Positions 50,293-60,832 of a stretch of DNA of 64,000 nt are shown here, in pieces. Position 1 is the stretch's first letter; each line of letters opens with the position of its first letter. The position numbers and the translations under genes were made by a program. Source of the stretch: Selaginella moellendorffii (taxonomy: Eukaryota > Plantae > Lycopodiophyta); the NCBI RefSeq assembly GCF_000143415.4, contig NW_003314381.1, forward strand, positions 1-64,000, written 5' to 3'. Under the pieces are notes generated by a model. It saw nothing but the letters and a program-made list of their open reading frames with translations, had not been told where the DNA came from and searched no databases.

Positions 50293-52911
50293 CTATCTGA
50301 TCAAGCTGGAATAGCTGAAGCTCGGGGGAGTCACGTACGCCATCGAGACGCTCTCCCGCGACGCGGTGATGTCCACGATCGCCTCCGTCTGCACCGAGAA
50401 GTGGAACGTCATCGGCGGCTCCTCCACCTCGCGCTTCCCCTCGATCATCCGCACGACCTCGTCCATCGCCGGCCGGGATCCGGCGTTCTCCTGGATGCAC
50501 CACAGCGCGATGTGGACGAGCCGCGTCGCCACCTTCTCGCTCGCGGAGCTCCGGACTTTGGGATCCACCACGCCCATCAAATTCCCCAGCCGGACCTCGT
50601 TCACCACCCACGCCGGGAAGTACCACGCCAGATCGATGTTCATCCTCGACACCTCCAAGTTCTTCCGCCCGCCAATGATCTCGAGAAGAACCATGCCGAA
50701 GCTGTAGACGTCGCATTTCTTGGTGGCGATGGAATGGAGCAGCCATTCCGGGGCCAAATATCCAGGCGTCCCTCGCACACACGTGATGACCTGGCTCACA
50801 TCGTGGTCGTCCAATTGCTTGGACATTCCGAAATCCGCCACCTTTGCCACGAAGCGATCGTCGAGTAGGATATTCTGGGGCTTCACGTCCAGGTGGATAA
50901 TAGGCTCGCTACACTCCTCGTGGAGATAGGCCAGGCCACGTGCCGTGCCCAGAGCGATCTCGATCCGGCGATCCCAGCCGAGCGTTCGGAGCTCCGGGGA
51001 TCGATTCCCATCCCCAATTCCCTCCGCGCCGCCACCGCCGCCGCCACCGCCACCGCCACTACCGCCGCTGCTACCGCCGCCGCCAAACAGCCACCGATCC
51101 AGCGATCCATTGGGCATGAATTCGTAGACGAGCATGCGCTGCGAATCCTCGAGGCAAAATCCGCACAGCCGGACGACGTTCATGTGATTGATGCTCCCGA
51201 TCGTCGCGACCTCGGCGATGAATTGCCGCGCGCCCTGCGTGCCAGTGCCCTCGAGCTTCTTCACCGCGACGTGCCGCCCATCGCCCAGGAATCCCTCGTA
51301 CACCGATCCGAATCCCCCAGCTCCAAGCTTGCGGGAGAATCCCTTTGTCGCGGACTCGAGCGCCGAGTAGGAGAATCGCTGGGGCAGCCCGCGGACGCTC
51401 GAGAGCACCGCGTTTATGTCGCTGTCGGCCTTGTTCTTGCGGCGATTCCTCCACACCAGGACCGCCAGCACCGCTGCCAGGACGATCGCGGCGGCGGCGA
51501 TGCCCGCCACAATCTCGACGACCCTGTTCTTGGATCCACCGCCCTCCTCCGGCGCGGCCACGGAGATCGGACCCATCAAGAGCTTGGCGTTCTGGAACTT
51601 GATGAAAGCGTCCACTGCCGGATCCTCGGCCATGCTCCCGATCAGCGCATCGCCCACGAAGAAGCACTCGCGGGATCGATCGTTGTAGAAGAGCGCCATG
51701 CACTGGCAATTGGAGAGGCAATCGGTGGAGCACTCCTGGAGCGAGGATCGCTTGCTGGGCGCCACGAATCCGGTGGAGAAGTAGCGGATCCCGGTAGCGT
51801 TGAGGAAGTGGTGATTGTAGATCTCGTTCTCGCAGACCATCGGCTGGGGGATACCTGTGCTTGGGGCCGAGCAAGCACCGCCGCTGCTAGCATTCCCGCC
51901 AAAGCTCTCGTTCCCCTTGCTGTGGATCTCCACGCATCGGCATTTCCCTCCGGCCTCGCAGATCCCATAGGGGCCGCAAGCCAGCGGCAGCTTGCACGGA
52001 TCATCGCCCGAGAATCGCGAGTCGGGTAGCCAGTCCGAGGAGGATCGATCCAGGCCATAGACGACAAGGTCGCCGTTTGGATCCAGCCTAACAAACGGAA
52101 GAACGAGAGGATCGCTTCTCCTGGAAGCCAAGATCTCGAGAGATTTCCCGGCGCCGCAAGAATTGTGGCCGAGAATGAGATTGTTCCCGGAGAAGCCAAG
52201 AGCCGCCGGGCATGACGATGATAATCCTTCCAGCCTCCAGAGATTGTATGGCTGGGATCGCAGCGAGAGCGTGAGGGTTTCTTGTGAGACCGCCGCCGCG
52301 AAGAATCCCTGCGAGAACTGCGTCGCCGCGCTACCATTCCTGGCCGAGCTCGTGAGGCTCATCCCGGATTTGAGCGCTTGCCCGGGCAGCATCGTGTCGC
52401 CGGGGGAATCGAAGCTCTGCCATATCCTAGCGCCGCTCTCGTCGAAGAAGGCGAGATTTCCCGATTCCTCGAGCTCGATCCCTGCGATGCCGGTCACATC
52501 CAGCTTCCAAGTGAGCGATCCTTGAGAGTTGAGAAGGATGAACTTCTTGTGCGTCCCCGTGAGCATAAGGCTCGATCCATCGCCGGTGGAGCCGGTCCTG
52601 TTCGCGATCCACACCGGCACCGCCGCGCGCTCCTTGCCGCTGGCTCGCCCCTGCATCATCACGCACAGGAAGAAATCGCCGGTGGCATTGGGGTCGAAGA
52701 ACGCGAGCGCAAACGTCCCGTTGTCGCTCACGAAATCCACGCTGCCATTGCCGAGGATCCGATACTTCCCTGGCCCGCTCGCGATCGAAACCTCGGTGAG
52801 ATTCGCTACATTGTTGATGCGCTGCCCTGGCGCGAGATCATACTTCACGGCCTGCGAGAATCCCGTCGTCGCGACGATCGCAAGGAGGCGCCATAGAAGT
52901 AGCATTATCAT
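50293..52911 (-). CDS. G-type lectin S-domain receptor-like kinase (SD2 type), intronless
   Basis: Signal peptide; B-lectin (VWIANR, WQSFDSPGDT); EGF-like CGPYGIC; PAN; TM; kinase GAGGFG, VAVK, HLDVKPQN, DFG, GYLAPEW. Confidence 0.96.
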   Translation of the reverse strand: MIMLLLWRLLAIVATTGFSQAVKYDLAPGQRINNVANLTEVSIASGPGKYRILGNGSVDFVSDNGTFALAFFDPNATGDFFLCVMMQGRASGKERAAVPVWIANRTGSTGDGSSLMLTGTHKKFILLNSQGSLTWKLDVTGIAGIELEESGNLAFFDESGARIWQSFDSPGDTMLPGQALKSGMSLTSSARNGSAATQFSQGFFAAAVSQETLTLSLRSQPYNLWRLEGLSSSCPAALGFSGNNLILGHNSCGAGKSLEILASRRSDPLVLPFVRLDPNGDLVVYGLDRSSSDWLPDSRFSGDDPCKLPLACGPYGICEAGGKCRCVEIHSKGNESFGGNASSGGACSAPSTGIPQPMVCENEIYNHHFLNATGIRYFSTGFVAPSKRSSLQECSTDCLSNCQCMALFYNDRSRECFFVGDALIGSMAEDPAVDAFIKFQNAKLLMGPISVAAPEEGGGSKNRVVEIVAGIAAAAIVLAAVLAVLVWRNRRKNKADSDINAVLSSVRGLPQRFSYSALESATKGFSRKLGAGGFGSVYEGFLGDGRHVAVKKLEGTGTQGARQFIAEVATIGSINHMNVVRLCGFCLEDSQRMLVYEFMPNGSLDRWLFGGGGSSGGSGGGGGGGGGGAEGIGDGNRSPELRTLGWDRRIEIALGTARGLAYLHEECSEPIIHLDVKPQNILLDDRFVAKVADFGMSKQLDDHDVSQVITCVRGTPGYLAPEWLLHSIATKKCDVYSFGMVLLEIIGGRKNLEVSRMNIDLAWYFPAWVVNEVRLGNLMGVVDPKVRSSASEKVATRLVHIALWCIQENAGSRPAMDEVVRMIEGKREVEEPPMTFHFSVQTEAIVDITASRESVSMAYVTPPSFSYSSLIR

Positions 52912-53573
52912 CTTCTCATGGGCTCCGCTAGCTCCCTAGCGAGAGGATTTGAACTGGTGGACATTCCGCCACGTAAAGTAGACAATCTCCACCGTCGATC
53001 CAGACTTTTCCACCGTTGGATCTAATCTGGTGGATCAAATAATAAAAGTGCTGTCACCGTTGGATCTTTCGTCGTGGCAAACATGCACCGTTGGATCCAA
53101 ACTGGCGATTCTGGGAATAATCAATGCCCTCGTTTAGGTTTTATGCGCCAAACAGGGGTGCGGTGCTGCATTTCCAGCGGTCAGTGTGCTGATCTTGACG
53201 CTTCCCAGAGGGAAAATCACGCAGTTTTACCTACATTGGCCGGCTCATTCATCCGCCCATTGATTGTGGCGCACAGTACTTCCAGCAAGAAAGAAAAAAG
53301 AAAGATCTGCGAGGAGCGTGACCGGTCCAGTGATCGCTGCCAGGCGCTGCTGGGCGATGGTTTTCTTCACATTGCTGGAAGGCGGGAAGAGAATGGGTGT
53401 TTTCTTGTGGCGATTTAATGCCGCTGCCGGGGATTTGCAAGGAATTTACTTTGCGCTTGAGACTGGAGGGGGATCCCTTTCGTTCTGGGCCTCTTCTTCT
53501 CTAGCAGTGGCTTGCTAGATTTGAGAGGAAGAGTTGGAGCATTCATTCTGCTCCAGGGCCTCCCTAAGATTCA

Positions 53574-55223
53574 ATGACGCTGCTTCTCGTTTTGCTGGCC
53601 GGTTGCTACGCTCTCACATTCGCTGGCTCTCCAGGAGCGTCAGCGAAGGGAATGCAAGCAGTCACCCGCAGCGATGGAATTTGCAAGGAGCTCGTCGCTC
53701 CTCACGGTTTCCACTGCGAGGAGTTCATGGTAAGTTTGATTGGAATGGAAACTTTCCTTTCATTTCTCACATCTCTCACTCCTGTGTGTTGTGACTCTTC
53801 TTCTTCCAGATCCAAACTCAGGACGGATACCTTCTGGGACTGCAAAGAGTTTATCGCAAGATACAGAAGAGTGGTCGCACAGTTATCCTCTACCACGGCA
53901 TTGACAATGTAAGTTCTTCCAGGAGAGGTTCTTGTTTCGTCGCTAAGTTTCTGGATCGAAGCATTGTAGGGTGGAGATATCTGGCTGCTGAATCCTCCGA
54001 GACAATCTTTGGCGCTCATGCTTGCGAATCGAGGGCACGAAGTCTGGATCCCAAACACGAGAACGAGCACGTATAGCTACGGCCATGTTTCGCTCAGCAA
54101 AGATGACAAGGTTCCTGGAAATCTTTTCTTATATGCTCTTTCTATGCCATAGCCTTTGCGTTCTTCCTTTTTACTGGCTTCCTGAAAAGCAATTCTTCTT
54201 TTTCCACAGATGTATTGGGACTGGAGCTTGGACGAGCTCGTGAATTACGATCTCCCAGCAGTGGTGGAGCAAGTTACTGCCAAAAGTGCGACGCAAAAAG
54301 TTGACTTTGTTGCGTATTCCCAGGTAAGTTTCTTTTTTCAAGGGTGATTGTTTCGTGAGATCTGGCTGGATTTCAGTCTTCTCAAGCGTTGTTGGGAGCA
54401 TTCTCCGAGGGCAAATTGGTGGATCAAATCTCCAAGGCAGTGATGATAGCTCCTGTGGCTTATGTCTCGCACACAACCAGTCCAATTGCTCTCATAGCTA
54501 CCAGGTTTAATCTTGGTCTAGTTCTCGTCGGCCTCAACATCTACGAATTCAATCCCAGATCGTAAGCAACTCGAGCTAAAATTCTCTATTTTCACTAGCT
54601 GGGGTCTCCGACTTACAGGACGTCTGGAGCAAAGATCCTGGAAACTCTGTGCGTCACGGTCAACATTTGCGAGAGTGACATTCTATCACTGATAACAGGT
54701 CTGTGGAGAGCATGTTTTTGTTTCTTAAAAAAATAAAGCTTGGATCTCTCAAAGGCCCCAATTGCTGCGTTGACGACACGAGGATGGAATTTATAAACAA
54801 ATACGAGCTCCAGTCGACCTCTGTCAAGAATTGGAACCATCTGGGACAGCGTAAGCCAAAAAAAAACTCATTTTTTCTAGAAAACAGTGTAATGCTGGTC
54901 GATCGTTTGCTCCTCCAGTGTTCCAAAAGAAAAGCTTCACCAAATTCGACTATGGCGAGAAGGAGAACCAGGAGCGCTATGGCACGAAAGGAGTGCCAGA
55001 GTACGTGCCCTCGAGAATTCCCACGGAGATCCCGATGATGCTCATCCACGGCGGGAAAGATGCTCTGGCCGATCCAGACGACGTCCACAGGCTCTTGGGC
55101 GAGCTCAAACAAACTCCAGAAAAGGTCCTCTTCTTGCCACACTACGCCCACTTTGACTTTGTTCTTGGGACAAACGCGAGCAAAGACGTCTACGAGGGCA
55201 TCGTCAACTTCTTGGAATCGTGA
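53574..55223 (+). CDS. LIP1-like triacylglycerol lipase (multi-exon)
   Basis: GICKELV, QTQDGYLL, HG, YWDWSLDEL..YDLPA, nucleophile context AYSQ|S, GPNCC, GGKDALAD, YAHFDF. Confidence 0.9.
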
Positions 55224-55306
55224 AGGGTTGACCAGGACGTGGACTTGTTGACTAGAGTGTTGACTGTATTAGTCAACTTGCTGCTTAAGACGCTTATCAT
55301 AATAAT

Positions 55307-55378
55307 GTCGATGTAGTATAGTGGTGAGTATTTCCGCCTGTCACGCGGACGACCCGGGTTCGATCCCCGGCATCGGCT
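55307..55378 (+). tRNA. tRNA-Asp(GTC)
   Basis: GTCGATGTAGTATAGTGGTGAGTATTTCCGCCTGTCACGCGGACGACCCGGGTTCGATCCCCGGCATCGGC; full cloverleaf; T run downstream. Confidence 0.95.
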
Positions 55379-55492
55379 GCTTTTGGGCGGAGCGATGTTT
55401 TTCCTTTCACGAGAGATGGGTGATCGCAATGGAACAAGAATAAGAATGTTCTTCACACTCTTTTCTCGATTGCGAGGACTTGGATTGCGAGG

Positions 55493-55882
55493 ATGGCGAT
55501 GGCGAGAGCTGGGATTTTGATGGTTTTCTCGCTGGTGTTGGTATCCAAAGCCTGCGGTGACTGCCGGCTCACAGACATCTGGAGCTGCGTTCCAGCTGTG
55601 ACCAAGCGGGTTGATCCAACCAGCGATTGCTGCAATCTCATCCAAGTGATAAGCCTCAATTGCCTGTGCTCCGCAGCGATCGGGCGAGACGCCGCTGCGC
55701 GAGGCGTGGATGTGCGGCGAGCCGTGGAGCTGCCGCTCAAATGCGGGCGAGAGGTCGGATTGGAATACACCTGCGCAGGTGAGAGAGAGATGACTCAATC
55801 GTGTGATCGATCGATCGGTGTTTGCTTTGCTTGTTCTCCAGGAATCCCGTTCAATGGCGGGAGAGAGCCCCGTGTACGGTAG
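55493..55882 (+). CDS. Non-specific lipid-transfer protein (DIR1-like), one intron at about 55779-55841
   Basis: Signal peptide and eight-Cys pattern C..C..CC..CLC..LPLKC..C. Confidence 0.85.
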   Translation: MAMARAGILMVFSLVLVSKACGDCRLTDIWSCVPAVTKRVDPTSDCCNLIQVISLNCLCSAAIGRDAAARGVDVRRAVELPLKCGREVGLEYTCAGEREMTQSCDRSIGVCFACSPGIPFNGGREPRVR

Positions 55883-55947
55883 AACTTTTTTTTCAGTGTT
55901 CTTTTACTTTACACAGTAATCTCAATCGCTATCGATCGAGCAATCCT

Positions 55948-57783
55948 TTACGAGTTGAAGAACTCCACGACTTTGGGGTAGACGAGATCTTTGGCGTTGT
56001 ATGACACCACGAAGTCGAGATGCGCGTAGTCTGGGAGGAAGACGAGGTCGGGCTTGGATTGAAGCTCGGAGACGAGCTGCGCGACGTTTTGTGGAGCGGC
56101 GAGAGCGTCCTTGGCCGCGTAGAAGAAGAGGAACGGGATTGTTCTTGGGATGTTGGGAAGCGAGTACGTCGGGGGAGAGATCCAGCCGTAGCGGACGAGG
56201 TTTTGCCAGAATCCATAGTCGAACTTGTCGAAGCTCTTGCCTCGGAACTCTAGAAGTTTGTAGGAATCTCGTGAGCACAGCGAAGTTGGCGAGAGAAAGA
56301 AAAGCGGGCTTACGTTGCGCGAGATGGCCAAAGTTCTTTGCAGATGTTGATTGAGGCTCGTAAATTTCGTAGTACGCTCGGCGTGTGTCATTGATGCAGC
56401 AATTTGGACCTGCGTGAATCAGAGTTCTTGGTGAAAGATGGCGACCTTTGATTCGAAATCGATCGAGAGAACGGACAACGTACCTGCGAGAAGCGTGACA
56501 AAGTTTTCGGTGCATTCTGGATCATCCGAGAGCTTGCAAAGGTACTCAGTCACAGGTTTGTTCTGACTGGAAAGAACAAAAAGAAGAAAAAGAGACAAAG
56601 TAAGAAAGATCCAGACACACATGAAAAGACACAGAGGACACGTACGCTCGGAGGCTGAATTCGTAGATGCCGAGCGATGCAATGAGCTACAAAAAATTGG
56701 AAGAACATGAGAAAAAGTAGTGAAAGAACAGAGAAGAAAAAACACTATACCAGATCGAGATGAGTTTGAGCTCCAAGAGTGAGAAGCGAGGTTGCGTGAT
56801 CAACATAAGCAACTGGAGCAAGCATCACAGCTTTTTCCACAATGTCAACGAGCCTGTGCTCGGAGAACGCTGCGAATGCCGCTTGAGTTCCCTGCTCAAT
56901 AGAAAAAAACAAAAAAAGCCTGTAAGTCTCAAGAAAGACTAAAATTCTCTGAGCTCGATCGAAGCAGACACGAACAGAGCTCAAGAAAATCCTGAGAGAG
57001 AAAAGAGCAAAACGAGAGAAAAGAAATCATTTCGATCGAAGAAGGCACGAATAGAGCTCAAGAAACTAGAAAATCCTGAGAAAAAAATTCCCATACCTGT
57101 GAGTAGCCAACGTACAAGACCTTGCTGTTCGTTCTCGCGTAAACCATCTCCAGCATTGCCTGGAGATCATACGCCGAGAGCTCGTCCACGCTCCAATCCC
57201 AAAATTCCTATCAAAGAAGAAGAAGATCATGCCGGTGGAAGACTTTGGATGATCTTACCCTGTCCGATCTGCTGTAAGAGACATGGCCATAGCTGAATTC
57301 GCTGGTTCTCACATTGGCGATCCAAACGTCGTGACCAGCGTCGGCGAGAATGAACGCCAGAGACTCCGGAGGCGCATTGAGCACCCAAATATCCCCGCCC
57401 TAAAAAATGGAGGAGAGATTTAAGGGGAAAACGAAGAACCCTAAAAACTCTGTTCTTACAATGAGAATGCCATGGTTGAGGAACACTGGCTTCTTTCGCT
57501 CGCCAATGTAGCTCGCGCTCCACACTCTTTGCACGCCCAGAAGGAACCCATCCTTCGTCTCGACCTACATCGCCACCATCGATGATCCATGGATGAGAGA
57601 AACCCTCGAGAGAAATGGGATTCTTACAGCCAATTCCTCGCATTGGTATCCGTAAGGCTGGACGAGCTTCACGCAGAGACCGTCTGCGCGATTCAATCCT
57701 CCCCGGAATGTGGGCAGCGCGCGAGAGAATTGGATCTTCCAGCAGCAGAGGAGGACTGACAGCACGATGATTGGCGAGCTCAT
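55948..57783 (-). CDS. LIP1-like triacylglycerol lipase (multi-exon), convergent paralogue
   Basis: MSSPIIVL signal peptide; GLCVKLVQPYGYQCEE; YVGYSQ|GTQ; APVAY; GPNCC; KDALA; YAHLDF. Confidence 0.9.
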
Positions 57784-58096
57784 CTGGAAGAACAGGGGAA
57801 AGAATCTTTTCTTTCTCCCTCGGAATGAATCCACTCGAGAGAAAAACACGAGAACTCGCTCTCTTCCGGCGAAGATTGGTCCCTCCCTGGATCAATTAAT
57901 GCCGCCGCTACTGGCAGAGCGAAAGGAAAGAATCGAGAGAAAATCTCTCGAAAAGCTCTGGATTGTACAAAGCCGTGCCAGTGCTGCCAGTGCCACCAGG
58001 GGAGGAAGAAAGAAAGCCAAACACTCACACGCGAATGTTTCTCTTTCTCGCTTTCCCCTAGCAGCGCAACAAATCGCTCGCTCGCGAAAAACTCCG

Positions 58097-58097
58097 C

Positions 58098-58123
<26 letters not shown>
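58097..58123 (+). repeat. (GA)n microsatellite in the lipase upstream region
   Basis: gagagagagagagagagagagagagag. Confidence 0.85.
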
Positions 58124-58130
<7 letters not shown>

Positions 58131-58557
58131 TTTCTACTAACGAAAATCTCGCTCGCATCCACAAATCAGGGCTCGATCGCGCGAGGAGAGTAAGAGTTTG
58201 GTGGAAAGACAAGCAAACTTTGAGGTGGTGGTAGTACCATGGATCAATGCACTCTCGCACATCGCATTCCAATTACTACAGCGCTTTCTTTGTGGCACTG
58301 CGTTAGGTGGTAGAGCATTGATGGAAGAACCCTAAAAACAGGGGATGGAGCCTAGAAGCAGGGGAGGGAGGGAGGGAATTCTGTCCTGCCAGGCCTTTTT
58401 AATACCAATCCGCGTCGAATCCTGGCCGGAGTAGCATCAAAAAGTGTGCCCACGACCGGAATTCCAAGAACCATGCTGGAATTCAAGAACTATTTCCCCG
58501 GATTCCTCCCTGAGCGCTTTGATCTCGCGGGAATGGGTCTCCAAAGAGGAATCGGGG

Positions 58558-59970
58558 CTACCAGGATGCGTAGCTGCTCGCAAGCAGCACATAGGAAGCT
58601 GGATCGTCGGCCTCGATGACGTTCCTGCCCGCAAATTTCCCTCCAGGCTCGTGGATCTTGCTTGCGCTCATCAATGCCGCCCACGCCACGCCATTGGGTT
58701 GATCCGGCATCCCCTCCGCGAGCTCCCGCGCGGTCGCCATCCTCCCAGCCCTCCCAAATCCATCGATCAAGCACACATAGTGCTCCCTGGACGCCTCCAA
58801 TCCATAGTCGCGAGCCATGGACGCCGCGAATTCCCAGCTCTCCTCGACCGATCCCGTCCGGCTGCACGCCGAGAGGAGAATCACGAAGCAAATCTCGTTG
58901 GGTCTCACTCCCTCCATCGCCATTTCCTGGAACATCGCGATCGCGGCCAGCAATCGACCCGACTGGGCATAGCCGGCGATCATCGCCGCCCAGGACACGA
59001 CATTCCGGACAGGCATCGCGCCGAATAGCCGCCGGGCCATGCGCAGCAGTCCGTACTGAGAATATGCCGCGAGAATCGCCGTCCACGAGACGACGGTTCG
59101 ATCCGGGATGGCATCAAACGCTCGCTTTGCCCCGAGCAGATCCCCGTTCTGGGCATATCCCGCCACCATGGTGTTATAAGTGGCATAGCTCTTCTCCACC
59201 ATGGTGGCAACCAGCCTCTCCGCGTCCTCCATCTGGCCGCTCCGTGTATATACTTGCACCATGGTGTTTTGTGCTACCACGTCGTACACCGGCATCTCGT
59301 CAAACAGTACCTTCACATCTTCCAAATGCCCAGCTTGGGCATATGCTGCTAGTATGGTTGTGTAGGAACGAATGTTCCATTCTGGCATATTCTGGAATAT
59401 TATGCTACCCTCATCGTTCCTGTGCGCTACTAGATATGCTTCTAAGAGAGTGTTATAAGAAATAAGATCCCACAAAGGCATTCTTTGGAAGAGATCATTC
59501 GCGCCATCGCAATGCCTTGTTCGGGCAAATGCTGCGATCAAAGTGTTCCATGAAACAACGTCTTTCTCTGGAATAGAATCGAAGATCTCCTTCGCCTCGG
59601 TGGATCTCCCGGAGTTTCCATAGGCCTGAAGCATCGAATTCCACGAAATCACGTCCCTCTCGCCCATGGAATCGAACAAGAGCTTGGCATTGTCGACATA
59701 GCCATGGCGAACAAACACCGCGATCATGATGTTCCAGGAGAAGAGATTGGGCGATTCGATCGCGGCAAAGGTCGCACAGGCATCCTCGAGCGCGCCACAC
59801 TGGCTATACGTTTCAATCAAGAGATTGCTGAGGTATCTAGAGCTGCTTGCTTCGCTCGATCGGATCGATGCGTGGATCTGCCTTAGGGCAGCCAGATCTC
59901 TCGCGCGCCCACAAGATTGGACAAGCGCTGCGAGATTGTCCTCGAAACTCCTAGCCAAGTTTCGTGCCAT
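58558..59970 (-). CDS. PLS-class pentatricopeptide repeat protein with partial E domain
   Basis: Run of about 31-aa repeats (FDSMGERDVISWNSML...); LSACSRTG...HYVCLIDGFGRAG; likely start MARNL at 59970. Confidence 0.92.
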   Translation of the reverse strand: MARNLARSFEDNLAALVQSCGRARDLAALRQIHASIRSSEASSSRYLSNLLIETYSQCGALEDACATFAAIESPNLFSWNIMIAVFVRHGYVDNAKLLFDSMGERDVISWNSMLQAYGNSGRSTEAKEIFDSIPEKDVVSWNTLIAAFARTRHCDGANDLFQRMPLWDLISYNTLLEAYLVAHRNDEGSIIFQNMPEWNIRSYTTILAAYAQAGHLEDVKVLFDEMPVYDVVAQNTMVQVYTRSGQMEDAERLVATMVEKSYATYNTMVAGYAQNGDLLGAKRAFDAIPDRTVVSWTAILAAYSQYGLLRMARRLFGAMPVRNVVSWAAMIAGYAQSGRLLAAIAMFQEMAMEGVRPNEICFVILLSACSRTGSVEESWEFAASMARDYGLEASREHYVCLIDGFGRAGRMATARELAEGMPDQPNGVAWAALMSASKIHEPGGKFAGRNVIEADDPASYVLLASSYASW

Positions 59971-60073
59971 CTTTGATAATTCAAAAAAAAAAAGATACCC
60001 GTGAATATTCTCGGTGCTGAAGAGATTAGGGTTAGGGTTCTTGAGGGGATTGGAGACGGCAGAAAATCGATCG

Positions 60074-60319
60074 ATGGCAGCGCTTCTGGGGATCGGCCGC
60101 AGGCTCGGGCTGGCGCCATCGGCGTCTAGATTTGGATCCACAGCAGGTTCTCAAGCGCGGTTTTACGCCAAGTCAAGCTACGCCGAGGAGCACAAGGGTG
60201 GGATGGGCGACAAGCTCATCAACGGTGCCATTTTCGGATTGATGGGCGTGATGTCGGTCTTGGTGGTGAATTTCTGGCGGCATCCTCCCCACGCCGCTCA
60301 CGAACACCACGAGGATTAG
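60074..60319 (+). CDS. Small putative mitochondrial single-pass membrane protein (81 aa)
   Basis: R/S/A-rich presequence-like N-terminus ending ARFYA, one hydrophobic helix, His-rich tail; telo-box-like TTAGGGTTAGGG at about 60026. Confidence 0.55.
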   Translation: MAALLGIGRRLGLAPSASRFGSTAGSQARFYAKSSYAEEHKGGMGDKLINGAIFGLMGVMSVLVVNFWRHPPHAAHEHHED

Positions 60320-60832
60320 CGAGAAGTCAAATCTTTTGGGGGTCCGCCAAGGATCACTCCAATTTTTCATAAAGGATGTGCTTGCTCGCGGGAGGTAATG
60401 CTTGTTACTTGGCTTGATTCGTGGAGAAGAACTACTTACCAGACAAAGCTTCTTTATTTTTTTTTTTCGTAATAAAAGGTGTTTAGTTGAAACTTTCGCG
60501 TCAGCACAGGAACTTAGAACACTCTTCCGCGCTGACCAGCAAAATATTCTCTGGGTTTGTCTGTCCCATTGGTTGAAAGTTGCCATGGATTTTGTTCTAA
60601 CGCTTGTTGACTGCAGTCCCTCGCGATTAAAGTCGCGTTGTTGGTGAGCGTACGCCGGTGAAACAAGAATTTCTCCGCGCAATCGCTGTGACTCATCGCC
60701 ACTTTCACTCGTATATATAGAACAAGTTCCTCACTTGCTGGCAACATTACAGCGCTTCTCGAGTTCGTTCTTCAAGGAGCTTCAGTCCAGTTCTCTTTCG
60801 GAAGAGTTCTTTTCTTGAAGTTTCTTTCGAGA

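Noticed and set aside
50254-52939. Long antisense and alternative-frame ORFs over the receptor kinase
   Set aside because: Shadow ORFs of GC3-rich coding sequence; no motifs.
59971-60141. N-terminal extension of the PPR ORF to 60141
   Set aside because: It overlaps the divergent small gene and telo-box (translating as NPNPN); the start at 59970 is more plausible.
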